NCBI GenBank assembly: GCA_913777145.1
Contig: CAJYPS010000001.1
Coordinates: 54,320 to 118,319 of the forward strand
Reading direction: 5' to 3'
Source of the DNA: an uncultured Roseateles sp.
Lineage (GTDB): Bacteria; Pseudomonadota; Gammaproteobacteria; Burkholderiales; Burkholderiaceae_C
DNA: 64,000 bases
Shown: piece by piece, positions 34,238 to 44,128 of the stretch
Layout: every line of letters starts with the position of its first letter
Numbering within the stretch: the stretch's first letter is position 1
The notes under the pieces: model-generated
The model's database searches: none
What the model was told of the DNA's origin: nothing
What the model saw: only the letters and a program-made list of their open reading frames with translations
Program-made: the position numbers and the translations under genes

Positions 34238-34963
34238 ATGGTTTTTGAGCGCCGTCACCTGGCCGAATGCGGCTCCACCAACACCGAGGCGCTGAACCAT
34301 CTGCGCGAGGGCGGTGGGGCGCTGCTGCTCTCGGCCGGGCGGCAGACCGCGGGCCGCGGGCGCCAGGGCAAGACCTGGCTCAGCGATGACGCCTCGCTGA
34401 CCTTCTCGCTGGCCGTGGAACTGCCCATCACGCTGGACCTGGCCGGCCTGTCGCTGGCCGTGGGCTGCGCGATCGCGGATGCGCTGGACCCGGGCGCCAC
34501 CCGCATCCAGCTGAAATGGCCCAATGACCTGTTCCTGGACGGCGCCAAGCTGGGCGGCATCCTGATCGAGGCCGTGGCCACGCCGACCGGGCGCCGCGGC
34601 GTGGTGATTGGCGTGGGGCTGAACCTGCAGCCGCTGCCCGAGGGTGTGGACCGCAGCGCCTTTGCCAGCGGCCACGCGGCGCTGGCCAGCCTGGACCCGA
34701 CGCTGACCGCCACCCGCGTGCTGGACCGGCTCGCGCCGGCGCTGGCCGCGATGCTGGCGGACTTCGAATCCATGGGCTTCGCGCCCTGGCGGGCGGCCTT
34801 CGAGCGCCGCGACCTCACGGCCGGGCGCGCGGTGCGCGTCGGCCCCCTGCCCGGCATCGCCCGCGGCGTGAACGAGCGCGGCGAACTGCTGCTGGAGACC
34901 GCGCAAGGCCTGGCCCCGCAGGTGGCCGGCGAACTGAGCCTCAGACTGGAGACGACCCCGTGA
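34238..34963 (+). CDS. birA: Biotin--[acetyl-CoA carboxylase] ligase (no HTH)
   Basis: STN, QTAGRGRQGKTW, LKWPNDL, KLGGILIE, GVGLN. Confidence 0.93.
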   Translation: MVFERRHLAECGSTNTEALNHLREGGGALLLSAGRQTAGRGRQGKTWLSDDASLTFSLAVELPITLDLAGLSLAVGCAIADALDPGATRIQLKWPNDLFLDGAKLGGILIEAVATPTGRRGVVIGVGLNLQPLPEGVDRSAFASGHAALASLDPTLTATRVLDRLAPALAAMLADFESMGFAPWRAAFERRDLTAGRAVRVGPLPGIARGVNERGELLLETAQGLAPQVAGELSLRLETTP

Positions 34964-35625
34964 TGCGTGTGCTGGTGGTGGTGCTGCTGGCCGCCAATCT
35001 GCTGTTCTTCTGCTGGAGCCGGGGCTGGCTGGACCCGCTCACCGGCATCCCCGCCCAGGGCGTGCGCGAGCCGCAGCGCGTGCAGGGCCAGCAGCATCCG
35101 GAGCGCATACAGCCGCTGGCGGCCAGCGCGGTCAGTGCGCTGAGCCAGCGGGTCTGCCTGGAGCTGGGCCCCTTCGAGGACGATGCCGGCCTCAATGCGG
35201 CCCAGGCCGTGCTGCGCGGCGCCGGCCTGGGCGTGGACTGGGCCACGCGCAGCAGCGAGACGCCGGGCCAGTTCGTCATCGCCACCATCAAGCTGGACAA
35301 CGCCGACTTCCGCGCCCGCAAGGAAGCCACCTACAAGCAGTTCAAGATCAACACCGAGCCGCTGACCGGCCTGCCGGCCGAGCAGCCGGCGCTGGTGCTG
35401 AGCCGCCACGCGACGCTGGCCGAGGCCCGTGCGGCGCTGGCGGCGTTCGAGAAGCGCAGCTTCAAGGGCCTGCGGGTGCTGACGCTGCAGGCGCCGCACA
35501 CCCGCCATCTGCTGGTCGTGCCGCAGGCCGATGGCCTCAGCGCCGACCGCCTCAAGGCGCTGAAGGATCCGGCGCTGGGCGCAGGCTTCCGCGCCTGCTC
35601 ACCGGCCGCCGCCGCGGCCGGCTGA
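34960..35625 (+). CDS. Membrane-anchored SPOR-like protein
   Basis: N-terminal LLAANLLFFCW anchor, REPQR...PERI, CLELGPF; overlaps the birA stop, the usual position for this family. Confidence 0.72.
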   Translation: MMRVLVVVLLAANLLFFCWSRGWLDPLTGIPAQGVREPQRVQGQQHPERIQPLAASAVSALSQRVCLELGPFEDDAGLNAAQAVLRGAGLGVDWATRSSETPGQFVIATIKLDNADFRARKEATYKQFKINTEPLTGLPAEQPALVLSRHATLAEARAALAAFEKRSFKGLRVLTLQAPHTRHLLVVPQADGLSADRLKALKDPALGAGFRACSPAAAAAG

Positions 35626-35632
35626 CCACCCT

Positions 35633-37891
35633 TCAGCCGCGCCGGCGGCGCGGCAGGGCCAGCGCGGCCAAGGCCAGCAGCGCCAGCCAGAACGGGCTGG
35701 CCGCGCCACCGCCGCCGCCGCCCGAGCTGCCGCTGCTGCTCGTCGTGGAGGAACTGCTACTGGCGGCCGTCACCGTAAGGCTTTGCGTGCTGCTGCCGGT
35801 GTAGCCCAGCGTGTCGGTCACGGTCAGGCGCACGGTCACCGTGCCAGCGGCCACGCCCTGCAGCGTCGCGTTGGCCGACGTGGTGGAGCCGCTGAAGGAC
35901 GCCAGCGTCGTGCCGCTGGTGATCTCCCACAGATAGCTCGCGATGCCCGCCGTGCCCTGGGCCGTGCCGCTGCCGGTCAGCGCCAACGTGCTGCCGACGG
36001 CCAGGCTGGTGGCGGGCGCGCTGATGCTGGCCGTGGGCCGACCCGTGGCCACGGTGAAGCTCTTGGTGGTGCTGGCGGTACGGCCCAGCACGTCGGTCAC
36101 GGTGAGCTGCACGGTCAGCGTGCCGGCCGCCGAGGCACTCAGCGTGGTCGTCGCGGCCGTGGTGGAGCCGGTGAAGCTGGCCGTGCCGGCCGTCACCTGC
36201 CACAGATAGCTGGCGATCGCGACGCCCCCGGTGCTGCCGCTGGCGTCCAGCGACAGGCTGTCGCCCACCAGCACGGTGTTGGCCGAGGCCGACAGCACCG
36301 CGGTGGGCGCGGCGGAGCCGGCCGCCGCGGCGCGCACCGCCGCGCCGGCATTCAGCATGCCCGCGCCGCAGGTGCTGGTGGTGCAGGCGCATTCGCTGGT
36401 CTGGGCGGTCGCGCCGGGCGCGGTGCAGGCGCTCACGCCGGTGCTGGCCACCGACGGAAAGGCATTGACCGTGTTCTGCAGCGTGGACAGGATCTGGCCC
36501 GGCGTCAGGTTGGGGTTGGACGACACCATCAGCGCCACCGTGCCCGCCACCAGCGGTGCGGCGAAGCTGGTGCCCACCGAATAGTTGTTGCCGTCGCTGT
36601 AGTTGGAGCTGACCGGCGAGGTGGCGCCGGTGTCGCCCGCGGTGATGATGGGGTAGAGGCAGGTGCCGCTGGTATTCACGCAGTTGCCGGCCGGGGCCGA
36701 CAGCGTCACGGCCGAGCCGAGGTCGGAATAGCCCACCTTGGTGCCGGCATGGCGCACGCCGGCCACCGCCACCACGCCGGGGCAGTTGGCGGGCACGCCC
36801 ACCGCGAGGCCGTCATTGCCGGCGGCGGCCACGACGGTGACGCCGGCGGCGGTCAGGTCGCTGACCGCCGACTGGTAGGCCGCGTTGCAGGAGCCCGAAC
36901 CGCCCAGGCTCATATTGATGACCTTGGCCGGTGTCGCCGGCAGCGCCACGCCGGTACCGCTGAGGCCCGCGGCCCAGCGCATCGCGGCCTGGATGTCGGA
37001 GTCGTAGCCGCCGCACTTGCCCAGCACGCGCACCGGCATGATCTTCACGTTGGGCGCCACGCCGGCCATGCCGATGCCGTTGTTGGTGGCCGCGCCGATG
37101 ATGCTGGCGGTGCGCGTGCCGTGCCAGCTGCTGTTGCCCACGGTGCAGCCGCTGAAGGTGCTGCTGCTGGTGTCGGCCGTGGTGACCCAGTCCCCCGGGT
37201 CGGACGGGTCGCTGTCGCGGCCGTCGCCGTCATTGGCGATCGTCGCGGTGCTGATGAAGTCATAGCCGCTCACCAGCTTGGAGGCCAGGTCCGGGTGGGT
37301 CTTGACCACGCCGGTGTCCAGCACCGCCACCACCACGCTGGCGCTGCCCTGGGTCAAGGCCCAGGCGCTTTCCACATCGATGGCGGACTTCAGCGTGCTG
37401 GTGGGCGCGCGCAGGTACCACTGGCCGGCGGCCGGCGTGGTGGTGGTCTGGTTGTCGGCGTACAGCGGGTCGTTGGGCGCGGTGGTGATGAAGCGGCGCT
37501 GGTCGGGCACGGCCCACTCCACGTCGCTGTCGGCGGCCAGCTTGTCGGCCAGCACCTGGGAGCTCATGCCACTGGCCATCAGCACCTGGCTGCTGGGGCT
37601 GATGCTGCGGCCGTCGCTCAGCGCCACGCCCAGGCGCGCGGCCATGGTGCTGGCCAGCTGCGGGCCCATGCTGGGCTGGCCGGCGGCCAGGATGCTGGCG
37701 CGGCCATCGGCCTGCAGCACGCTGGCGTTGTTACGGAATTTGACAATGACGCGGGCGGCCGTGCTGCTGCTGTCGGCCTGCGGCGCGTGCTGGCGCGGCT
37801 GCAGCGGCCCGGCCTCGGGCACCGGGCCGGCGGTGGCCCCCATCAGCAAGGGCAGGAACAGGGCCAGTCGGCCAAGGGAGGACTTGATCAC
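35633..37891 (-). CDS. S8 subtilase with two PKD/Ig-like repeats and a GlyGly-CTERM sorting signal
   Basis: Signal/pro region; catalytic VLDTG, HGT, GNDG, GTSFAAP; two approx. 90-aa SYLW...LTVTD repeats; tail SSGSSGGGGGGAASPFWLALLALAALALPRRRRG. Confidence 0.93.
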   Translation of the reverse strand: MIKSSLGRLALFLPLLMGATAGPVPEAGPLQPRQHAPQADSSSTAARVIVKFRNNASVLQADGRASILAAGQPSMGPQLASTMAARLGVALSDGRSISPSSQVLMASGMSSQVLADKLAADSDVEWAVPDQRRFITTAPNDPLYADNQTTTTPAAGQWYLRAPTSTLKSAIDVESAWALTQGSASVVVAVLDTGVVKTHPDLASKLVSGYDFISTATIANDGDGRDSDPSDPGDWVTTADTSSSTFSGCTVGNSSWHGTRTASIIGAATNNGIGMAGVAPNVKIMPVRVLGKCGGYDSDIQAAMRWAAGLSGTGVALPATPAKVINMSLGGSGSCNAAYQSAVSDLTAAGVTVVAAAGNDGLAVGVPANCPGVVAVAGVRHAGTKVGYSDLGSAVTLSAPAGNCVNTSGTCLYPIITAGDTGATSPVSSNYSDGNNYSVGTSFAAPLVAGTVALMVSSNPNLTPGQILSTLQNTVNAFPSVASTGVSACTAPGATAQTSECACTTSTCGAGMLNAGAAVRAAAAGSAAPTAVLSASANTVLVGDSLSLDASGSTGGVAIASYLWQVTAGTASFTGSTTAATTTLSASAAGTLTVQLTVTDVLGRTASTTKSFTVATGRPTASISAPATSLAVGSTLALTGSGTAQGTAGIASYLWEITSGTTLASFSGSTTSANATLQGVAAGTVTVRLTVTDTLGYTGSSTQSLTVTAASSSSSTTSSSGSSGGGGGGAASPFWLALLALAALALPRRRRG

Positions 37892-38007
37892 GGCGCAGAC
37901 TCCAGGACAGGTCGAGCCAGTCTAGAGCCGCGCCGTGGCCGCCAGGTTTCAGCAACTTATCAAGCCGGACACAAATGCAAACCGCGCCCCGGCAAAAATT
38001 CACGCGC

Positions 38008-38655
38008 TCAGGACCTCAGCGGCAGGTCGGCCTTGCGGTCCGCGCTGACCCGCTGGGCATGGGGCCGGGCAGCTATGAGCTTGGCATGGGTCTTCCAGTC
38101 CACGCCGCCGGCCAGCAGCAGGTCTTCGCCATAGATGGCCTGGGTGGACATGGCCACCAACGGCAGGCTGACCCAGCCGGCGCAGTCCGCCAGCGTGAAC
38201 TGCTCACCGGCCAGGTAGGGCTCGAACCGGACCAGGCGCTTGAAGGCCTGGATGTTCTGCGGCAGCAGGCGCGCAACCCGCTTCTTCGTGCCCTCGCTGA
38301 CCTCGCCACCGAAGAAGGCCTGCGGGTAGAGCTCGCGCGCCACCAGCTCCAGGTGCAGCTCCACGAAGGTGCACAGCTCGCGCACCTTGGCGGCCGCGAA
38401 CGCGTCCGCCGGCAGCAGGCGCGGCGTGTCCGGATAGGCGGCCTCCAGGTATTCGCAGATCACCTGGCTCTCGCACAGCGGGCCCTGCGCGGTCTTGATG
38501 AAGGGCACCTTGGCCAGCGGCGAACAGCTCAGCACCGCCTCCTCGCTGCAATGCGTCTCCACGCGCTCCTCGACGAAGGGAATGCCCTTCTCCAGCAGCG
38601 TCAGCTTGACCTTGTTGTAGTAGTTGGACAGCGGAATGCCGCACAGCGTGATCAT
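38008..38655 (-). CDS. Glutathione S-transferase
   Basis: SNYYNKVKLTLLEKG, KVPFI, LCESQVICEYLE, FTLAD. Confidence 0.92.
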   Translation of the reverse strand: MITLCGIPLSNYYNKVKLTLLEKGIPFVEERVETHCSEEAVLSCSPLAKVPFIKTAQGPLCESQVICEYLEAAYPDTPRLLPADAFAAAKVRELCTFVELHLELVARELYPQAFFGGEVSEGTKKRVARLLPQNIQAFKRLVRFEPYLAGEQFTLADCAGWVSLPLVAMSTQAIYGEDLLLAGGVDWKTHAKLIAARPHAQRVSADRKADLPLRS

Positions 38656-38733
38656 GGGTGTCTCCGGACGTTCTTATGGAATGAGCCCAAAGTCTAGGCA
38701 GGCCGCCGCGCACGGCTTGCCGCCTGGGCGACA

Positions 38734-39615
38734 TCAGCGGTTGACCAGCACGATGCCCGCGGCCAGCGCCGCCAGCGCGGCCACCAGGCGCGCGCTGATG
38801 CCCTCGCCCAGCAGCAGCGCGCCGGCCAGCAGGCCGAACAGCGGCGTGCTGAGCGTGAATACCGCCAGCCGCGTGGCCGCGTAATGCCGCATCAGCCAGA
38901 ACCAGGCCAGGTAGCTCGCAAAGGACACGATGACCGCCTGGAAGCCGAACAGCCCCAGCAGCCGCGGCGACCAGGCACCGGGCAGCGCCTCGCCTGCAGC
39001 CAGTGCGGCGCCGCACAGCAGCAGCGCCGACACGCCCAGCTGGTAGAGCAGCGTCTTCTCGGCCGGCGCCGCGGCCAGCCGCGTGCCGCGTATCGCCAGC
39101 GTGGTGCCGCCCCACAGCAGCGCGGCCGCCACGCCCATCGCGTCGCCCCACCACTGGCGCGGGCTGTGCGGCGCCGAGAAGCCCTCGGCGAACGCAAAGG
39201 CCACCGCGCAGAAAGCCAGCGTCAGCCCGGCCCACTGCCGGCCCGACAGGCGCTCGGCCCGCGAGATCCAGGGCATGCCCAGCGCCACCACGAAGGGCGA
39301 CAGATAGAGGAACACCACCATGCGCGACGCACTGGTGTACTGCAGGCCCACGAAGATGCAGGCGAACTCGGCCGCGAACAGCGTGCCGGCCAGCAGGCCG
39401 CCCCACAGGCTGCCGTCACGCCCGAACAGCGCAATGCCGCGCGCGGCCGCCCAGGCCCACACCAGCGCCGCGGCCAGCGCCGAGCGCAGGCCCGACTGCC
39501 ACAGCGGCCCGATCTCGGTCAGCGCCGCCTTGGCCGCCACCTGGTTGAGCCCCCACAGCAGGCAGCAGATCAGCAGGATGGCAACGGCGGAGGGGTCGAG
39601 GTGGTTCTGGCGCAT
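38734..39615 (-). CDS. DMT/EamA-family transporter
   Basis: LWGLNQVAAK, GLQYTSASR, two EamA repeats, 10 TM; ATG 39615. Confidence 0.92.
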   Translation of the reverse strand: MRQNHLDPSAVAILLICCLLWGLNQVAAKAALTEIGPLWQSGLRSALAAALVWAWAAARGIALFGRDGSLWGGLLAGTLFAAEFACIFVGLQYTSASRMVVFLYLSPFVVALGMPWISRAERLSGRQWAGLTLAFCAVAFAFAEGFSAPHSPRQWWGDAMGVAAALLWGGTTLAIRGTRLAAAPAEKTLLYQLGVSALLLCGAALAAGEALPGAWSPRLLGLFGFQAVIVSFASYLAWFWLMRHYAATRLAVFTLSTPLFGLLAGALLLGEGISARLVAALAALAAGIVLVNR

Positions 39616-39658
39616 GCGCACATGCTGCCAGCAAGCAGGGGCAGGTCGCGGCGGGCGC

Positions 39659-40537
39659 TCAGCCCTGGGTGACCAGGATGTCGCTGCGCGGCTCGCTCAG
39701 CGCTCGCAGCGCGCGCAGGCGGGCCGCGCCCTCGGCCACCGGCTGCCAGTCCCGGCCGCCGTCGTCGGACACCCACAGCTCGCCCACGCTGCGCAGCAGC
39801 CACAGCCGCCCGCCCTCGTCGCGCTGCAGCGACCAGATGTCGCGCAGCGGCGGCGCCATGGCCCCGGGCGCCACGGCCAGGAACTGCGCCTCGGCGCGGC
39901 GCGCCAGCGGTGCCATCGAGGCCCGGTAGTGCCAGGTCTTGCCGCTATCCAGCGAAACCGCATCGCGCCCGTCGGCGCCCGACAGCACCAGCGCCTCGGG
40001 GCCGGACTCCGGTGCGGGCGACTGCAGGCCGCGCGGGCCCTCGCCCCCCAGGCGCTGCCAGTGCTGCCCGCCATCGTCCGAACGCAGCACATCGCCTTCA
40101 TGACCCAGCGCCAGCACGCAGCCGTCACCGCAGGCCAGCACGGTCAGCAGGCTCTGGGCGCTGAGGCCCTCGCCCACCGGCTGCCACTCGCGGCCGTCGT
40201 CGGCGGAGCGCAGCATCGCGCCGCCCACGCCCACCGCCACCAGCGTGCGCGCGTCCACCCGCGCCAGCGCGCGCAGCTCCGGCGCACCGGGCAGCGCCAC
40301 CTCGACCCAGCCCCGTCCGCCATCGCGCGAGCGCACCAGGCGGCCGCCGGCGCTGATGCTCAGCAGCGCGGTGCGTGACGGCAGCTCGGCCGGCGCGGCG
40401 ATCGCGCAGCTGCTGGCCGCGTGCGGGCGTGCGCAGTCGCCATGGCTGCGCGACGCATAGCCGGCCGCCACCAGCGTGAGGCCGAAACCGCCCAGCAGCA
40501 TCAGGCTGCGACGCAGATGAGTGGCCCAGGAACGCAT
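39659..40537 (-). CDS. BNR/Asp-box repeat (Ycf48/sialidase-like beta-propeller) protein with an N-terminal anchor
   Basis: Five Asp-boxes: SRDGGRGW, SADDGREW, SDDGGQHW, SLDSGKTW, SDDGGRDW. Confidence 0.75.
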   Translation of the reverse strand: MRSWATHLRRSLMLLGGFGLTLVAAGYASRSHGDCARPHAASSCAIAAPAELPSRTALLSISAGGRLVRSRDGGRGWVEVALPGAPELRALARVDARTLVAVGVGGAMLRSADDGREWQPVGEGLSAQSLLTVLACGDGCVLALGHEGDVLRSDDGGQHWQRLGGEGPRGLQSPAPESGPEALVLSGADGRDAVSLDSGKTWHYRASMAPLARRAEAQFLAVAPGAMAPPLRDIWSLQRDEGGRLWLLRSVGELWVSDDGGRDWQPVAEGAARLRALRALSEPRSDILVTQG

Positions 40538-40561
40538 GGCGGCAGCGCGGGGGGGGGAGGC

Positions 40562-42142
40562 TCAGGCCGCCGTGTCGGTGTAGCGGCCGGCAACGCGGCG
40601 GCGCAGGCCCAGCGGGTTGGCCTGCTGCAGCGCCGCCGGCAGCAGCGCGTCGGGCAGGCCGTCGTAGCAGACCGGGCGCAGGAAGCGCTCGATCGCCGCC
40701 GTGCCCACCGAGGTGCTGCGGCCATCGGCCGTGGCCGGGTAGGGGCCGCCGTGCACCATGGCATCGCAGACCTCCACGCCGGTCGGGAAGGCATTGGCCA
40801 GGATGCGGCCGACCTTGCGCTGCAGCGTAGGCAGCAGGCGGCGTGCCAGCGGCAGGTCCGCGTCATCCAGCTGCAGCGTGGCGGTGAGCTGGCCCTCCAG
40901 GCCTTCCAGCAGGGCCTGCAGCTCGTCCGCGTCCGCGCACACCACCAGCACGCCGAAGGGGCCGAACACCTCCTCGGGCATGTGGCCGCTGGCGCGCAGG
41001 CCGGCGGCGCTGTGGCGCACCAGCGCGGCACGCGAGCGCGCCGGCGCGGCCTGGCCCTCGGCCAGCAGCGTGGCGCCGGGCACCTCGCGCTCGCGCGCGG
41101 CGCCACGCTCATAGGCGGCGGCGATCTGCGGGTTGAGCATCACACCGGCCGGCGCACCGCTGATGGCCACGGTCGCCGCGTCGACAAAGGCGTCCAGACC
41201 CGGGCCTTCCAGCGCCAGCAGCAGGCCGGGGTTGGTGCAGAACTGGCCGGAGCCCAGCGTCAGTGACGCGACGAAGTCACGCGCCAGCGTCTCGGGCCGG
41301 GCAGCCAGCGCCGCGGGCAGGAGCAGCGTGGGGTTGATGCTGCTCATCTCCGCATAGACCGGGATGGGCTGGGGCCGCGCGGCGGCCGCGCGCATCAGCG
41401 CCTGGCCCGCGTGGCGGGAGCCGGTGAAGCCCACGGCCTGGATGGCCGGATGCTCGACCAGGGCCACGCCCATCTGGTAGCCCGCCTCCACCAGCAGCGA
41501 GAACACGCCGGCCGGCAGGCCGGCCGCCGCCACCGCGGCCATCACCGCGCGCCCCACCAGCTCGGAGGTGCCGGGGTGGGAGGGGTGGGCCTTCACGACC
41601 ACCGGGCAGCCGGCGGCCAGCGCGGCCGCGGTGTCGCCGCCGGCCACCGAGAAGGCCAGCGGGAAGTTGCTGGCGCCGAACACCGCGACCGGCCCCAGGC
41701 CCACGCGCTGCAGCGCCAGGCGGCGGCGCGGCGGCTGGCGCTCGGGCAGCGCGGGCTCGATGCGCGCGTCCAGCCAGTCGCCGGCACGCACATGCTGGGC
41801 GAACATGCGCAGCTGGCCCACGGTGCGGGCGCGCTCGCCGTCCAGCCGCGCGGCCGGCAGGCCGGTCTCGGCCATCGCGCGCTCGGTGAGCTGGGCACCC
41901 AGCGCGTCGATGCGCTGCGCGATGTCGTCCAGCAGCGCGGCACGGGCCTCCAGGCTGATGGCCTGGAAGGGGTCGAACGCGGCGCGCGCGGCCTCGGCCG
42001 CGTCATTCACGTCCTGCAGCATCGCGCTGGCGAACACCGGGGCCGCGATGGGCTGGCCGCTGGCGGCCTCGGTGGCGGTGAAGCTGGCGCCCTGGCCGCG
42101 GCGGGCCTGGCCGTTGATGAGCATGGAGCCATCGATCGTCAT
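40562..42142 (-). CDS. Alpha-ketoglutaric semialdehyde dehydrogenase (NADP+ aldehyde dehydrogenase)
   Basis: FGASNFPLAFSVAGGDTA, KAHPSHPGTSE, FTGSR, EMSSINP, GQFCTNPG, EEVFGP, MVHGGPYPAT. Confidence 0.9.
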   Translation of the reverse strand: MTIDGSMLINGQARRGQGASFTATEAASGQPIAAPVFASAMLQDVNDAAEAARAAFDPFQAISLEARAALLDDIAQRIDALGAQLTERAMAETGLPAARLDGERARTVGQLRMFAQHVRAGDWLDARIEPALPERQPPRRRLALQRVGLGPVAVFGASNFPLAFSVAGGDTAAALAAGCPVVVKAHPSHPGTSELVGRAVMAAVAAAGLPAGVFSLLVEAGYQMGVALVEHPAIQAVGFTGSRHAGQALMRAAAARPQPIPVYAEMSSINPTLLLPAALAARPETLARDFVASLTLGSGQFCTNPGLLLALEGPGLDAFVDAATVAISGAPAGVMLNPQIAAAYERGAAREREVPGATLLAEGQAAPARSRAALVRHSAAGLRASGHMPEEVFGPFGVLVVCADADELQALLEGLEGQLTATLQLDDADLPLARRLLPTLQRKVGRILANAFPTGVEVCDAMVHGGPYPATADGRSTSVGTAAIERFLRPVCYDGLPDALLPAALQQANPLGLRRRVAGRYTDTAA

Positions 42143-42172
42143 GGAATTCCTTGGTTCGGAGGTGGGCAGGGC

Positions 42173-43093
42173 TCAGTCCGGCTCGCAGTCCCAGCGCTGC
42201 TGCAGCGTCAGGCACTGGCCGGCCGACAGCTCGACCAGGCCGGGCCGGTCGGGCAAGTGGAAGGCGTCGATAGGATGGGAGACCGGCTCGAAGCAGAAGG
42301 CGTCGCCCGCCTCGGGCCGGTAGATCACGCAGCACAGCCCGGCCAGCGGCTGGCCGTCGAGCAGCAGCCGGGTCTCGCCATGCAGGCTCAGGCCCAGCGT
42401 GGGCCTGCGCAGCCGCACGCGGCCGTCCCAGCCGGTGAAGGCGTTGTCTATCAGCGGGCCGCGGCCGGGAATGCCGCGGCCGACGTCCCAGTCCGCGGGC
42501 AGCTCGCTCGCATGGCGCAGCGGCAGGCGGTCCGGGTGGCTGTGCCACACGCCCTGCACCGAGGCCTGCAGCTCGCAGGGCTGCTGGCGCGGGAACCAGG
42601 GGTGCAGGCCCAGGCCATAGGGCAGGCGCTCGGGCCCCAGGTGGCGCACGCTGAGCGTGTGCACCAGGCTCAGGCCGTCCAGGGTCAGGTGTTGCTCGGC
42701 CTCGTAGTCGTAGGGGCTGCCCGCGAAGCCGCGCGAGCGCAGCCGCATCACCGCATGGCCGGGCGACGGCGTCGCCAGCTGCCAGGGCTGCAGCCAGGCA
42801 TCGCCGTGGATGGGATAGGGATCGGCCGCGGTGTTGGGGCGCAGCGCATGGAAGCGCCCATCCTGCGTGAAGCCGCCGCGGCTGATGCGGTTGGACCAGG
42901 GCAGCAGCGGCTGGCAGGCGCTGGCGCCGGGCTGCAGGCGAAAGCCGTCCCAGGGGCGCAGCAGGTCCAGCCAGGCGCCGCGGTGCTGCAGCTGCCAGGC
43001 CGCCAGGCCACCGCCCAGGCCGGGCAGCAGGCCCAGGCGCTGGACGCCGGCGTTCAGCCAGGTCACCGACGGGCGGATCTCGGGCGCGTGCAT
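42173..43093 (-). CDS. Aldose 1-epimerase (mutarotase) family protein
   Basis: PLLPWSNRI, IHGDAW, GLHPWF, DNAFTGW, FCFEPVSH; start ATG 43093. Confidence 0.88.
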   Translation of the reverse strand: MHAPEIRPSVTWLNAGVQRLGLLPGLGGGLAAWQLQHRGAWLDLLRPWDGFRLQPGASACQPLLPWSNRISRGGFTQDGRFHALRPNTAADPYPIHGDAWLQPWQLATPSPGHAVMRLRSRGFAGSPYDYEAEQHLTLDGLSLVHTLSVRHLGPERLPYGLGLHPWFPRQQPCELQASVQGVWHSHPDRLPLRHASELPADWDVGRGIPGRGPLIDNAFTGWDGRVRLRRPTLGLSLHGETRLLLDGQPLAGLCCVIYRPEAGDAFCFEPVSHPIDAFHLPDRPGLVELSAGQCLTLQQRWDCEPD

Positions 43094-43098
43094 CGCGT

Positions 43099-44016
43099 TC
43101 AGCCGCGGAACAGCGCCGCCACCTGGCCGCGCGCACCGGTGCGCACCGCGAACACCGAGCCGGCCAGCGGCTGCACCGCCAGCTCCTCGGCCGTCAGGCC
43201 GAAGCGGGCGGTGCTGATGAACAGCGTGTCGAGGTCGGCGCCGCCGAAGGTGCAGTTGCTCACATGGCGTGCAGGCACGCGGATGCGGCCCAGCTCCTCG
43301 GCGCTGACCGGGTCGCGGCAGGACACGCAGCCGCCGCCCCAGTGGGCGAGCCAGATGCGACCCTCGGCGTCGGTGCACATGCCGTCGGGATAGCCATCGG
43401 CCTCGGGCAGGCGCAGCCACAGGCGGCGTTCGCCCAGCGTGCCGGTGGCGGGCTCGAAATCGTGGGCGTAGACGCAGCCCTGCACGGTGTCGTTGAGCAG
43501 CAGCGTGCGGCCGTCCAGCGTCCAGGTCGGGCCATTGACCACCGCGATGCCCTGCGCATGGACGGAATGATGGCCGTCGGGGTCTACGCGGTAGAGGCTG
43601 CCGGTGGGCGCGACGCAGTCGAAATCCATGCTGCCGACCCAGAAGCGCCCCTGGCGGTCACACTTGCCGTCGTTGTAGCGATTGCCGGGCAGCTGCGGCT
43701 CGGGGTGGCACAGCAGCTGCAGCGAGTCCAGGCCCACGGCCGGGTTGAAGAAGGCCAGGCCGCTGCGCAGCGCCACCAGCAGGCCGGGGCCGCCGGCCCG
43801 CTCGGTCACCGCGGAGATGGGCTCGCCGAACTCCCAGCTGTCGTTGCGTCGCGTGGCGGGCAGGTGGCGGTGCAGCCGCCCGCCCAGGATGTCCACCCAG
43901 TACAGCGCCTGCTCGGCCGTGGACCACAGCAGGCCCTCGCCCAGCACGGCCCCGGCCGGCACCCGGCATTCGGGGTCGCCATGGGCTGGAAAACGGTGAG
44001 TCGTGCTCGACGACAT
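43099..44016 (-). CDS. SMP-30/gluconolactonase family sugar lactonase (L-arabinono/D-galactono-lactonase)
   Basis: LGEG, YWVDI, RYNDGKCD, NGPTW, PDGM, CTFGG. Confidence 0.92.
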   Translation of the reverse strand: MSSSTTHRFPAHGDPECRVPAGAVLGEGLLWSTAEQALYWVDILGGRLHRHLPATRRNDSWEFGEPISAVTERAGGPGLLVALRSGLAFFNPAVGLDSLQLLCHPEPQLPGNRYNDGKCDRQGRFWVGSMDFDCVAPTGSLYRVDPDGHHSVHAQGIAVVNGPTWTLDGRTLLLNDTVQGCVYAHDFEPATGTLGERRLWLRLPEADGYPDGMCTDAEGRIWLAHWGGGCVSCRDPVSAEELGRIRVPARHVSNCTFGGADLDTLFISTARFGLTAEELAVQPLAGSVFAVRTGARGQVAALFRG

Positions 44017-44128
44017 GGCGGGTGTCTCCCCTTTTTTCTTGCTTGCCCCAGTTGACGCGGCAAATGGTATCAGTGCATATTGATAATCAATTAATAACTT
44101 TTTAATTTTAAAAGATACTCAAATTGAC
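44017..44128. promoter_or_regulatory. AT-rich divergent promoter region (lactonase / SDR)
   Basis: Strongly AT-rich island with TATCA-N8-TGATA dyad; specific sites not resolved. Confidence 0.5.

Noticed and set aside
34238-35625. Loss of type III pantothenate kinase between birA and the SPOR-like gene
   Set aside because: birA and the SPOR-like gene overlap cleanly with no remnant; direct adjacency is plausible for this lineage and cannot be called unusual without a genome comparison.
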